From positions 1,178,001-1,242,000 of the forward strand of contig CM074821.1 of NCBI GenBank assembly GCA_037447605.1: 64,000 bases of DNA, read 5' to 3'. The stretch comes from Zygnema circumcarinatum SAG 698-1b. Taxonomy: Eukaryota; Plantae; Zygnematophyceae. Shown here in pieces: positions 49,901 through 61,334 of this stretch. A model generated the notes under the pieces. It was not told where the DNA came from. It saw only the letters and a list, made by a program, of their open reading frames with translations, and did not search any database. Made by a program: the position numbers and the translations under genes. Within the stretch, counting starts at the first letter, position 1; the number at the start of each line of letters is the position of its first letter.

Positions 49901-50773
49901 AATTGTTAAAGATATAAGGATATATGTATTCAGACATACTCATTTTATAGTTAATAAATGGGCATTTGAAGTGTATATATATGTGAACTAAAATTTGTTA
50001 AAGATATAAGGATATATGTATTCAGACATACTCATTTTATAGTTAATAAATGGGCATTTGAAGTTTTAGATTGAATTATAACCCAAAAAAAAGACAGTTC
50101 AAAAGACGCACGTGCCGCCCAAACCGAACTGTTCTTCAATTGGCCCATAAATCTCGAAGGAGAAGGCTGCCTTTTTGCTGTTTTTAGTTAATTTAACGTT
50201 TTTGGGTTGTAAGTTATTTTTGGGGTTTGGTCGTAGAAGCCTTCGAAAAACTGAGAGTTATGGCACAAATGCCAAAACAATCGCAAAAATTTAAAAGTAA
50301 ACACTTGCACCCCAAATCCCCGATCCTCTACAAAGCCTAGAAACACTCAAGGAAGCAGAACATCCCCTGTTTAATTCTTTAATTAACTTTTTTAATCCGT
50401 ACGCACCCACAAAACCGATACTCTTCAGCTGGTGCTCCTGCGGAAGCCCCTCCGCCATGGCTACACAGCAGCTGCTGCTCCCGCTCCTTCTCCCCCTTCC
50501 TTCCAAAACCCTAAACTCCCAAAAGGGAAGTTCCAGCAGCCGCCGTCTCCTTCCAGGCACCCTGAACCCCCCTTTAGGGTTTCCGCGTTCTCCTCCTTCA
50601 GCGGCTCGGAGAGAGCCCGGAGGGGGCTTGCAGCGCTGAGGCAATGGGAACGCGCCACGTGGCGGGGCGGAAGAGGGGTGGAGCAGGTGACACGTGGCAG
50701 TAGGGCAAGAGCGGAGGATATGGCGAGAGGCAGCGGCGGCGGCGAAGCGCAGAGCGGGCGACAGCTGGCGCAT
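46908..50773 (-). CDS. P5CR: Pyrroline-5-carboxylate reductase, multi-exon; core starts at 50458, in-frame upstream ATG at 50773
   Basis: IGFVG|[46 protein letters not shown]|[39 protein letters not shown]|[11 protein letters not shown]. Confidence 0.95.
47325..48052. repeat. ~730-bp (TGTGA/TGTCA)-based satellite filling a P5CR intron
   Basis: Mostly tgtgatgtca decamers with a recurring gagatgtcatgcgatgtgata block. Confidence 0.95.
49880..50063. repeat. 92-bp tandem duplication in P5CR intron 1
   Basis: 49880-49971 and 49972-50063, one mismatch seen. Confidence 0.95.
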
Positions 50774-51706
50774 AGCAGGCAGGGGACGGGCGGAGGGGGA
50801 GGGGGGCGGGGGAGTTCTACGGAGGGAGGGCGAGGGAGGGAAGGACGGAGGGAGCGCATGTAGACGCAGTTCGCAGGTCGGAGCGACGGAGGATGGCATA
50901 AGGCATGCATGCATGCATGGATGGATGGATGGGCTGTTCTGGGTTAATGATGGAGAAATGATGACTAGGGAAGTTCAACATAGAGACGATGTATTGCCTG
51001 CATTTGGATCCAGATGAGAGCGAAAGAAAGTTGCGGCATTGATCTCACGATGGCGACTGAGAGCACATTTGATGGCACAGGCCAAGCTGGGATTGAGATA
51101 GAGGAATTTTGTGGAGGGCTATGAATGGGTAGCCCTCGGTGGCTTTTACATTGGAGCAGTGGACAAATGATTGCATGTGAAATGGAGTTGGAAACACTTT
51201 CTGTCGGGGGAGTCAATCTTCACGATTTTCCACTAAAAGAACAGAAATTTCCGTGAGGAAGACATAAGTTTTTGGTGAAGACGATGGATTCGCTCATGAA
51301 ACAGTGCGGAATGTGTTCAAGTGAACAGGAAGTCTACTCCGTTACATAGGACTTATTTTATTACAAGCATATGCCCTAAAGCCCTACAACCCTTCACGAG
51401 AGGGTTCAGAAACTACATAATGCTCAAAACTTTGAGGCTCCAGCCACCCGGTTCTTCACTCGTCCTTCTCCAACCCCTATAACGAGCCTCAATTTGCTGT
51501 CGACAGTCTCAGCGACCAAGTGCCCAAAAATGAAGTCTATTCTCCCCCCCCACCCACCCGTTTTTTTTTTTTTTCCTTTTTTCCTTATTCATTAGATGTA
51601 TGCCAGAGTAGGCCTTGACGGACTATTCTCTCCGTTCCCCCTCCCCTCTCTCTCTCTCTCTCGCTCTCTCTCGCTCTCTCAACTACAAGACATAAAGCAG
51701 AAAGCA

Positions 51707-54700
51707 TCACAACCCGCCCTCCAGTTGAGTTTCAATCCACGTTCTTATGAGCACCGAGGAGTGCAGCGGTTGGTCCACCGGGACCTGTCCCCACCAGCCA
51801 CTCAATGAGTGACACGTGGCACATCTCAGCAGGCCTCAACATCCAGCTTCAATATGTCATCTCTTTGTGTTTTCGCTCGCTCTCTCTCACACTCTCCCCC
51901 CATCTTTCTCTCACTCTCTCTCCCCCATCTCTCACTTTCTCCCTTTCTCTGCTCTGCTATCCACCGACTGCTCTTCAACGTCTCTCATGAAGAAACCCAA
52001 CAAAAGAAACTCTCCTCTTCACATGTCGCATTCTTCCCAAAGCTTAACAAAATAGTCCATCTTTATGCATATCCTTCCATGCATGTACAGCCCATTCCAT
52101 CCCAAGCCCGAGACCCACCTGATGCCCTGCGCCTGCCACCACCACATGGGTCAAATTGGCCCATTCTCGCCAGTACCCGGCTCGCCTTCCCTCCACTACC
52201 CACACCTTCCTCTCTGCCGCCCAAAAGCGGCCGCTTTCCCTCCATAGTAAAGAGCGCATCCATGCCTCACTGCTTGGGGGCCCGTCCTTGGCATCATGCA
52301 GTCCTTGGTAAAGCAGCACAGGGAGCCCTACTGCAAGGATAGCCTCCACTTGGGCTCGGCTGCTCTTCATGGTATCCTACAAACAGACAATAAGAAGTGG
52401 GGATTTTTGGGCATGGAATGTAGAGGAGTAGAGATGGGGTTTTCAGAAAGTAACTGGTAGGCTATTCGGACAACCTTTTTAAGGAGAAAAAGGTGAAATG
52501 TGACCTTACCGAGGCGAGATGGGTACGCAAAAAGGGTCGGCAGCTGACCCATTCCAGGTCAGATCGAGCATTGAGAGCTGCTTTCACTTCCGGGCGATTC
52601 AAGAAAGGAGCAAGGTACTCTGTTCCATCCTGCATGTACCAAACATGGCCACCAACTCCATTGAAAGGGCAATCAAAATTGGTTGCTCTCACTTCCAAGC
52701 ATGTGAGCTCTCGACATGCATTCATTTGGTGGGAATATGTGTGTGTCATTCATATGCATATGTGCACAAGAGACCTTGGTTCGTCCCATGCTTTCGCAGT
52801 ATTTTGCCAACTCTAGCTTGAAGTTACCATACATTATATGATTCTACGCACAATGTAATACAAAAAGAGAACGACAACTTATTCAGCCCCCTAGATGAGT
52901 CCACGCTATCATGCACTCTGAGCTGCTGCAGCTACAAACACTAAGCTCACGAAGATCTGCATGCCTGTGTCCCGAATACTATCCGCTAATGTGTGTGTGA
53001 ATGCGCTATGCTGTGTGAGTGCCTGTGTAAAAAAACGCCTCTAGGTACGTATATTCATTTGCCTGCGCATGTCTCAATGTGCATATGTGCATGCTAGCAG
53101 TTTGCTCGTTCTGTTTCGAAATGAGGCTACATTGAGTCCATGCTTCGACAGCCAAAGGTAAAGCAAGCAACTTTGCATTTCCACTTGGAAAGCAGAGCCT
53201 ATTTGTTCTGTTGAGTTACGCTCAATACGCTCTTGTCGTAACATTTGAAGATATGCTTGAGAAAGCGAGTATATGAATGCAACGAGAACTGAAACACTGA
53301 TAACTCAAAGGTTTGCTTTACTTTGCAGTCAAAGTTTGATGAAGTGATATTATTTGCATCGAAGTTGATCGAACAAAGTGGTAAAAGAAAATTACCTAAG
53401 AGATGCATATAGATAACCAAGATTGTAGATCGACACGTTTTAGCATGGGTCAATATAAGTGTATGGTTTGTTCCAAGAGGAACTTCTTCGGTTTCAAGCT
53501 TGCTCAAAGTAGTAGCTAGCTAAAATAGACCTAGTACACTTATGTTCGTGTTCGCACAATAAGTGTACATTGAAGAAAAAGCAAAAATCAATCCCCAGAA
53601 TTCTGAACCAATATGTTGCAAAAAAGAACGTGTTTATTGGCTTTTAGGATAAGTGATAGTTCTAATGACTGAGCACATTTTGTAACGTAATTGACACAAA
53701 TATCCAATAAATCCAAACAAACAAGCTTACTAACCCAACCAATGCTAAAAAATTCACTTGCTCTGTTTGAATATAGGTACATAACAGAATTAAAGGGAGC
53801 AATGTAGGTAAGGTCGTAAAATGTTGTAGACTATTCCAAGAATTGGATTGAAGTGCTACAGTTAAGCTAGAATGAATACCACATATAAGTGTAAACACAA
53901 GACTTCCTAGAATCATAGTAATGCAGATTGCTTTTGATTGTTCAAAATGATACACTGAGCTCAAAAGCGGAAAAGTACACAAAATTCCGCTTATTTTTAA
54001 ACACCAATAGCCCAACAATTTCGAAATGAAAATAGGCTGTATCGAACAACTGCTTAAGAAATACAACTCAAGAGTTCCATCTTCGAAATCTTGTTGAAAT
54101 AAACGTTCAGGCAGAAACGCAAATAATATACACAACCAAATAAGGCCGTAATAAAAATGATAAATAAATTCAGGTGAAAATCCAATTAATAGAGGTATTA
54201 TTATACTATATAACAAAAATAAACAAAAACTCATTATGATTGTAGACAAATTCAATCGAATTTCATAAAGACATAATTGAAGCATTTGATTCGACTTTTG
54301 TTAGGATTGTTTTGACGGCTGGGCGCTCCTACACAAAACTTGAACAACACGCGTTTCCTAGATCAATCTCTTTTTTATGAACTTGTTTGTTACGTTTGAG
54401 CTAAGAACAAGCAAACTGAAGGAACGCTATCGCACCACACTTACGACGTAGGCTGGCTATCGGTTGCTGGCCAGTCACTTTGTCACGGGACTTGTCCGCG
54501 CTTGCAAAAAAACCACGGTAAAAACAAGCGAGCTGGCTCGCGCGGCGCTCACTGCGTTCGCTTGTTTCACCGTGAGCTTCGCGAACAGGCGACCGNNNNN
54601 NNNNNGTTTTACGGTGAAACAAGCGAACGCAGTGAGCGCCGGGCGAGCGAGGTCGCCCGCCTACGGCCCTACGGTCGCCTGCTCCCTTCGGTCGCGGCGC

Positions 54701-57272
54701 TCGCTGCGCTCGCTTGTTTTACTGCGCTCCCTACGGTCGCTTGCCTACGGCCCTTAGGTCGCTTGCTCTGCGCTCCCTTCGGTCGCTTGCTCCCTTGGTC
54801 GCCCTCTGGTCGCCCTTACGGTCGCCTGTGACTTCGTCACCCAAACGGTCGCCTGCCTACGGCAAAAAGTGTATACGCGACCACTTGAGCACACACCAAG
54901 AACACTGTATATGAGTTAGCGCACTCTTAGTCCTGCTGATAGCAGTTTGCTCGTTCTGTTTCGAAATGAGGCTACATTGAGTCCATTCAATAACCTTTGA
55001 TGAAATCTCCAATGTCTCCATGACATGACATGACATGCTCGTCACTGTATGTATGTATGTATGTATGTATGTATGTATGTATGTGCGTGTGTGCATGTGA
55101 CCCTCATGTACTGCCTACCCCAGGTAGGCAATGACCTCAGTGGCATGATACTTGGCATCGCGGCGCACATCCAACAGAGTGGGAATGCCCGCCGTGCGCT
55201 CGATCCACCCGCAGAGTTCCGTCCGCTGCCGGTGGGCCTCCGCCCACTCCTCTCTGCCCCGCCAAGAGAGGCAGATTAGCCTCTGATTAGCCAACGGAGA
55301 CATTGCTGCATGAATGGCACTGGTCGATGGGTTGGACTGTTGTTCGATCAAACTAGAGATGAAGACTTAGACTTAAGTTTAAGTTTTGAAGCAAAAAGCA
55401 TCACAAGGAGACACAAAAACAATCTCATCCACGAAACCATTTGCAAAATGACTGCAAACGATGGTCGATTTGATTTGCAAACGGACCGAAAGTCTGTTAG
55501 AATTTGCCCTCGAAGTCGTACCACCAATACTATCTCCTCCATCTTCACTCCCTTCGACAACCTCATCTCCATAAGGGTTATAGTGCTTGACTGAATATCG
55601 CCTATCGCAGCTCACCTGTCAATCAGCTTAACAACCTCCGCAGCCCTTTTTTCAACCTCCAAAGCTTGCTCCTTGTCCAGTAAGCCAAGGTTGTGTGACA
55701 CATCCGCATGCACTTGAACCTGGCATAAAACAGCAGCAGATTTTACTCCAATGCTGACATAGAAAGTCTGCTTCATGAAGTATGCCTCTTCTCCTTCATT
55801 TCGTCGGTTCAAAAGGTAATCGCTGCCTCCTGAGAAGGACTTTCTCTATTGCCATTGTACCACAGTTACACGAATCAACTCATTATGCAGATTTTCATGT
55901 CTAGCAGATTCTTCATATCCTAAAACCTAACGCATTTGGCTGGTGTAGAAAGTTCACATCCTACTTTTCACAGGCCATGCTCGCTGGCCGTACAAAAAAA
56001 GAAGGAGAAACCCATGTGAGACTTAAACACCAAGAGTGAGCCATGGAAAATGACTCCCCTTTTTCAAATTTACTGAAGGCAGAGAAGTAGTTACCTGAGC
56101 CCGAGGATCCGTGAAGCCGTTACCCACAGCTATGCCACGCAAAGGACATGGAAGGCCCTCTCCCCGTTCCGTAGCAGCCAACAGGACGGACGCCAGCCAT
56201 GGAACGTACTTTCCGGCATACGACTCTCCAGTCAGGAACAGAGGCCTGCCCTTCAGTTCCGGATTTTGTTCCAGAAAAACACTTAAAGCATGGAACAGGT
56301 GGCCTGCAACGGTAGGCTGATCTGTTGGAATTTCTTCCACGGAGCTCGCATAGCTAAAACCGGTTCCAATGGGGTTGTCCATAAATAGGACGCCATATCT
56401 GCAGCACTTGCATGCGAGACAAAAGACTCAGAAGTTCCATCTATTTAACGAAAAGGAGGAACAGAAAAGTAGATTGTCCCCGAAAACCTCCCATCCTCCT
56501 TGAGCTTAGAGCTTACCGCTCGTTCCATGCGTGTTCGTTGCGTTCCAGTTGGCCACTGAGCCCCTGTACACGCCATGGGCCGAGCTCATAGAAACAGCCT
56601 ATGAGACTGGAGCAGCCAGGCCCTCCATTCAGCCAGAGGAGGATGGGTGTCTCTGACAGTGCACGCTGTGGATACTCAGCTTCATAGAAGACGTAAAAGA
56701 GGCTGCTCTTGGAAGCAGAGCCCACTTCAAGGTAGCCTGAGCGTGTGGGCAGAGCTTCACTGGGGAAAGGACCTGCACCCCCTTCTAAAGTAGTCGCCTG
56801 CGTAGCATACTTAGCGGAGACTTGCAGCAGTGCAGGCACCTGCATAACCCATAAATGTGAAAGATCAGCTAATCCGTCAACCATACCAATCACTTCACAG
56901 AATGTGAGCTAAAGACTTGAAGATGACAGTGTTTTGCACAGTAACTTTAGAAATGCAGCTCACTCATCAAGCTGAAGCTACTATGAAGTAGCAATGAACT
57001 GGCCAAGCCATGTCTCAAAAATGCTTAATCTCAACTCCAAGTGCGTGCATTGCCTGTAGGGTGACGTACCTGCGTCCTGATGTGATGACATGGTGCCTTG
57101 GGATAGCGGAAAGATACTGCAGGCCGCCGGATGATGGCCCCACGCGATGGCCACCTTGATAAAGTCTTCCATGCGGCGATGCCTGCCATAGCTTCCATGC
57201 ATCATATTGGAGAAGCTCCATGGCTTCATGCTGTTGCAAGGCAAGGACTAACACTGGGGGGGAGAACGCCAT
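51707..57272 (-). CDS. Serine carboxypeptidase-like (S10) protein, multi-exon
   Basis: SGYLEV...LFYVFYEAE, PILLWLNGGPGCSSLIGCFYELGP, LFMDNPIGTGFS, TGESYAGKYVP (nucleophile), GIAVGNGFTDP, VLLYQGLHD, LTHVVVAGAGHQ|VPVDQP. Confidence 0.92.
53662..54285 (-). CDS. ccmB: Mitochondrial-type heme exporter protein B, intact 207-aa ORF (probably an NUMT copy)
   Basis: GLIWLCILFAFLPERLFQQDFEDGTLELYFLS, SKLLGYW, LGSLVFTLICGIHSSL, TTLPTLLPLIL; hydrophobic, intronless, AT-rich. Confidence 0.92.
   Translation of the reverse strand: MLQLCLYEIRLNLSTIIMSFCLFLLYSIIIPLLIGFSPEFIYHFYYGLIWLCILFAFLPERLFQQDFEDGTLELYFLSSCSIQPIFISKLLGYWCLKISGILCTFPLLSSVYHFEQSKAICITMILGSLVFTLICGIHSSLTVALQSNSWNSLQHFTTLPTLLPLILLCTYIQTEQVNFLALVGLVSLFVWIYWIFVSITLQNVLSH
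54500..54860. repeat. GC-rich short dispersed repeats (cggtcgc, cgcttg, cctacgg) with a 30-bp perfect inverted repeat
   Basis: 54544-54573 is the reverse complement of 54611-54640, spanning an N gap. Confidence 0.85.
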
Positions 57273-57654
57273 AGAGAGCACAGAGCGCGAGGTGCAGAGT
57301 TCTGAATATTAGGGCCAGAAGCTCAGACCTTACAGGCTGCATGCCAAAAAGGGGAGTTTTATACCAAAAATAATGCTATAATTTTCAGCACATAAAGAGA
57401 AAGTATTTCCCTTTCCGTCACTCCCTCCCTTTCACTTCTGCTTCAGCTGATAACATCTCAAATGTCCATTCCCTCGCCCGGAAAAAAAATATGTTTGGTG
57501 CGAGGAATTTCAGGGTTTGAGGACAGGCTGCGAGCAGCTGCTGCAGAGCGCCTCTCACCTGCTCTGGGCCCAGCCAGCGCCACGTGGCAGCCTGTCAGCA
57601 GCGCCATGGGGGGGCGTCGCAGGGAAGGGAGGGAGGGAGGGACAACACCGCTCT

Positions 57655-57905
57655 GTCGCGTATCGGGATGCTACCGCGAGTATCGAAACAATATTTATAC
57701 GATATGCCGCTATAACGACTTTGTTGATATATCTCGATACGATATCAAGACGGTGAGGTGATGAAGTGACCTTTACGATATATCCCAATAGGATATTTTG
57801 ACAATATCAAGCTGAGATGATTTTGGAAATATACCGCGGTACGATATTTTACGATATACTGATGAGATTTCTTTGCCGATATACCGTGGAGCGTTATATC
57901 GGAGG
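57655..57905. repeat. CGATA(T/C)-rich degenerate repeat, likely a DNA-transposon remnant
   Basis: Dense cgatat/gtatcg words, also seen at 17210-17240, 17735-17765, 45760-45815 and 62790-62985. Confidence 0.5.
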
Positions 57906-59119
57906 GTACCTCCCTTGCCCTCCATTCCCCCAAGCCTCTCTCCCTCGCAGGTAGAGGCAGGCTCCAGACAGGGAGACAGACAGTGAGCGAGAGAGAGTGA
58001 CAGACTTGCAGAGTGAGCATGCCGGCAGGGTTTTGGGGTTTCTGGCGATTTAGGGTTTTGGGTCCTTAGGATTCCGGGAGTTTTTAGGGTTCGCCATCCT
58101 CCTCATCTGTGGTGCATTCCTTCCGCGCCCTCTCTCCCTGTCTGCGCTCTGCCTCTCTCCTCAGGGAGGTCCATGAAGGTTGCTGCGCTCTCGTAGCGAG
58201 CTGAGCTGCTGTGAGCTTCTGGAGCCTCGTGCTCCAACAACGATTAGCACCATTTCTCGCCTACTTTGTAATGCCTCGTTTACTTGAGCTCCCTACTGTG
58301 AAGTGTGAGCGAGATATCTGTCGATGGACCATATTGCGATATATGCAGAACGATGTATCGTTGCTTTCGCTTCCGTCGTTTGCTCTCTATCTGCAACGAA
58401 TGCTTTTTGGGAGGCATTCACAACTTTCGGAGCCGGTTACCCCATGTTTGTTTCTCCGAAGTTTTTTTTTGGGGCTACTACGTTGGAAGGAAGATTTCAG
58501 ATGGTATTGGGGAGGGAGTTGTTGAATGGGCATCCAACTCTTTCGTGTGCTGGAGCGAGTTCAATTGTTGAATCGTTGTTTGGAGCTTCGACATGAGGTT
58601 AATGTGGCAATGCTGCAACACTTGGAGAAGAAGAGAGAGAGATGAGAGGAGAAGGGGAATGGACAAGTTTGCTCTCTGAAACGTGTTGATGACTTCGTGT
58701 ATCATCCTGATTCGTTTCGTTTCACCCTCCTTCCTTTCACTTCTAGATACTGCGCCCTTTCGTGCGTTTGTTTAAACCTCCTCAACCAAAAAAATGCCGA
58801 ATTGTGGTTGCCTGTTCATTCTTCATTCAAATTTCTTTAAGTAAACTGGCCCATTTCTTCCTTTTGTTCGTCTCTTGCTCCTTTATGGGGGGGGGGGGGG
58901 GGGGGGGGGGGGGGGNNNNNNNNNNGGGGGGGGGGGGGGGGGGGGGGGGGGCGAGATGGGGAAGAGGAAGGACTATGAGGGGCCCTAAATTTAGCTTCAA
59001 GTCACTGACTCCTTGTGCCTGCGACTTGTAAACCTCAAATAGCCCATTCTTCATGCAAAATCTTACTGTTTTCCCGCACTTCTTCCCACCATCTCTACCG
59101 CCTCTCTATCTCCGTCTAG

Positions 59120-61334
59120 CTTTGTTGAAGAGCATGTTGAGAAGCAAGGCGGAGAAGACGAATCTGCCTGGATTGAGCATAAAGTTCAAGGACCTTCAGA
59201 AAGCCACCAATGGCTTTTCAGAAGAGAATTTGCTCGGAGAAGGAAGCTTTGGGAAAGTTTACAAGGGCGAGTTGGCGGACCCTGCAGCGCCTAAGTCCAT
59301 GTGGGGGACTACGGCAGATGTTGCCAAGTTGCCAGTGGCAGTGAAAAAGTTGGATCCTGAAAGCTTTCAGGGCTATGAAGAGTGGCTGGTGAGCTCATAA
59401 GCTTTCTTTCTGTTGAACTTCTGTTTTTGCGCTTAATATCGTAATCTCTATCTCTCTGTTGTTCTTAGTAACGTTGGTAATCCCTTTCTTTTCCTTTTTC
59501 CTGAGAGCTTTGCACTCGCAACTAAGATTTTTTCTTCGGAGAGTAAGGTTGAAACTGGCATGTTCAGAACATGCTAGAAAAATCTCCCTAACTTGTGGGT
59601 TGCTTCTCTTATGCAGGCAGAGGTCCTTATTCTCAATAAACTGCAGCATTCCAATTTGGTCCGTTTGATTGGCTACTGCAATGAAAAGAACGAGTCTTTG
59701 CTCGTCTACGAGCTATGTCCGAACGGCAGCTTGGAGAGCTGTCTTTTTCAAAGTACGGAAAAGCTGTCGTTACTCCTCTTTCGAAAGCTTGTGCTCTTGG
59801 CCGCACTTTTTGCTCACGTTGCACGCATCTTTTTTTGCAATTTTTTCGGTAGTACTTTCGGCATGCAAGCTGCCTTGTATAAGTTGGCCTGTGGAGGGGC
59901 TACTATCGTTAGTTTTTGCCAAATTTCGACATTTATGGTGGGAAATGTATGTGCTTGGCAACATGTGTAACTGCAGGTGAAAAGTGTCCGTTGGATTGGG
60001 AGATGCGTGTGGAAGTAGCTCTTGGAGCTGCACGAGGACTCGCATTTCTCCACAAGAAGAATGTGATTCACCGAGATTTCAAGACAAGCAATGTTCTGCT
60101 TGCAGAGGTAGTATTTCCATTGTATATGTTTTGTTTCTCAGTGAATTTTCATCTAAGGCAATAGGTGACCATAATCTGCATTTTTGAAGTTCACTAAGCC
60201 GCTATGTTTAGCATGCTGATTTCTCTTATTGCACATTTCAAATATCATTATCAATAACGTTTCGGTTTATACTATTTTGGAGGAGCACACTGTCTAAGTA
60301 GGCACATGATAGAAAGAGTAAAAAACTTTGTTTCGTTATGAGAAACCAAGAGACCAGGTTATCTATACTGTTCATTCACTCAATCTTGAACTCGACCTAA
60401 GAAAATCCTCCTCCTGAGAATCTGCAAACAAAACCCTAAAAAAATCTGTTTGGTCTGCTCAGAAACTGAATACTACAATCCATTCTTTCTACAGTGAACG
60501 AATACATTCTGCTGCTTTTGAGTGTGCAGGATTATCAGGTGCGAGTTACCGATTTCGGCCTGGCAAAAGCAGGTCCTGCAGGAGACAAAACACACGTGTC
60601 AACTCGCGTTCTAGGGACTTTGGGGTATCTGGACCCCACATATATGGAAACAGGTAAAAAAAAAATGTCTCTGAATCTCAATGCTAGAAGTTCCGGAATT
60701 GCTGATCCTTCTCATGGCGAATTGAGATGCGCTCACAGAAAAGATGCACAACGGCAAGCATAGCTGCGGCATTCTAACTGGTTATTATCAAGTGCTGCCG
60801 AGATGTGAGAATGTAAAGGGAGGGAGAGGGGAAGGGTGAGGGAGAACGGGGGAGGGGGAAAGGGGAAGGGGGAAGTGAGGGAGAGTGGGGGGGAGGCGGG
60901 GAGGAACAGAGGGAGCGAGGGAGAGGGAGAGGGAGAGGGAGAGGGAGAGGGAGAGGGAGAGGGAGAGGGAGAGGGAGAGGGAGAGCGAGAGCCTGAATGT
61001 ACTGTATTGTGGGGGGGGGTGACTACTCGCAGGCCGCCTTACAGCTAAGAGCGACACCTTCGCCTTTGGAGTGATGTTGCTCGAACTGATCACAGGGAGG
61101 CCCTCTATGAACGACTCGGGAACGATGAGTCTTGCAGCGTTCATGCGCCCTCACCTTGCAGAAAGGAGGCCCGATTTCCGCCTCTTTGCGGACCCGAGAT
61201 TGGGCGACTCGTTCTCCAAGACAGGGATGGTAAAGATGGCGATACTTGCAAAATATTGTATACACGACGACCCTGCGAGACGGCCTGAAATGGAGACCCT
61301 TGTGGAGAACTTGGAGAAGATAGAAAGAGTGTAG
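59120..61334 (+). CDS. Receptor-like cytoplasmic kinase (RLCK-VII/PBL-like), 5 visible coding exons; start codon uncertain
   Basis: [34 protein letters not shown]...QGYEEWL|[19 protein letters not shown]...[49 protein letters not shown]. Confidence 0.93.

Larger units (their letters stand above)
53095..54986. other. Mitochondrial-like insertion (NUMT) bracketed by a perfect 47-bp direct repeat, inside the SCPL intron 52630-55135
   Basis: AT-rich intronless ccmB plus GC-rich short dispersed repeats; identical 47-mers at 53095-53141 and 54940-54986. Confidence 0.75.

Noticed and set aside
53500-53650. Possible start of ccmC after ccmB
   Set aside because: Hydrophobic fragment only; no start codon and no QQG or WWD-domain motifs.
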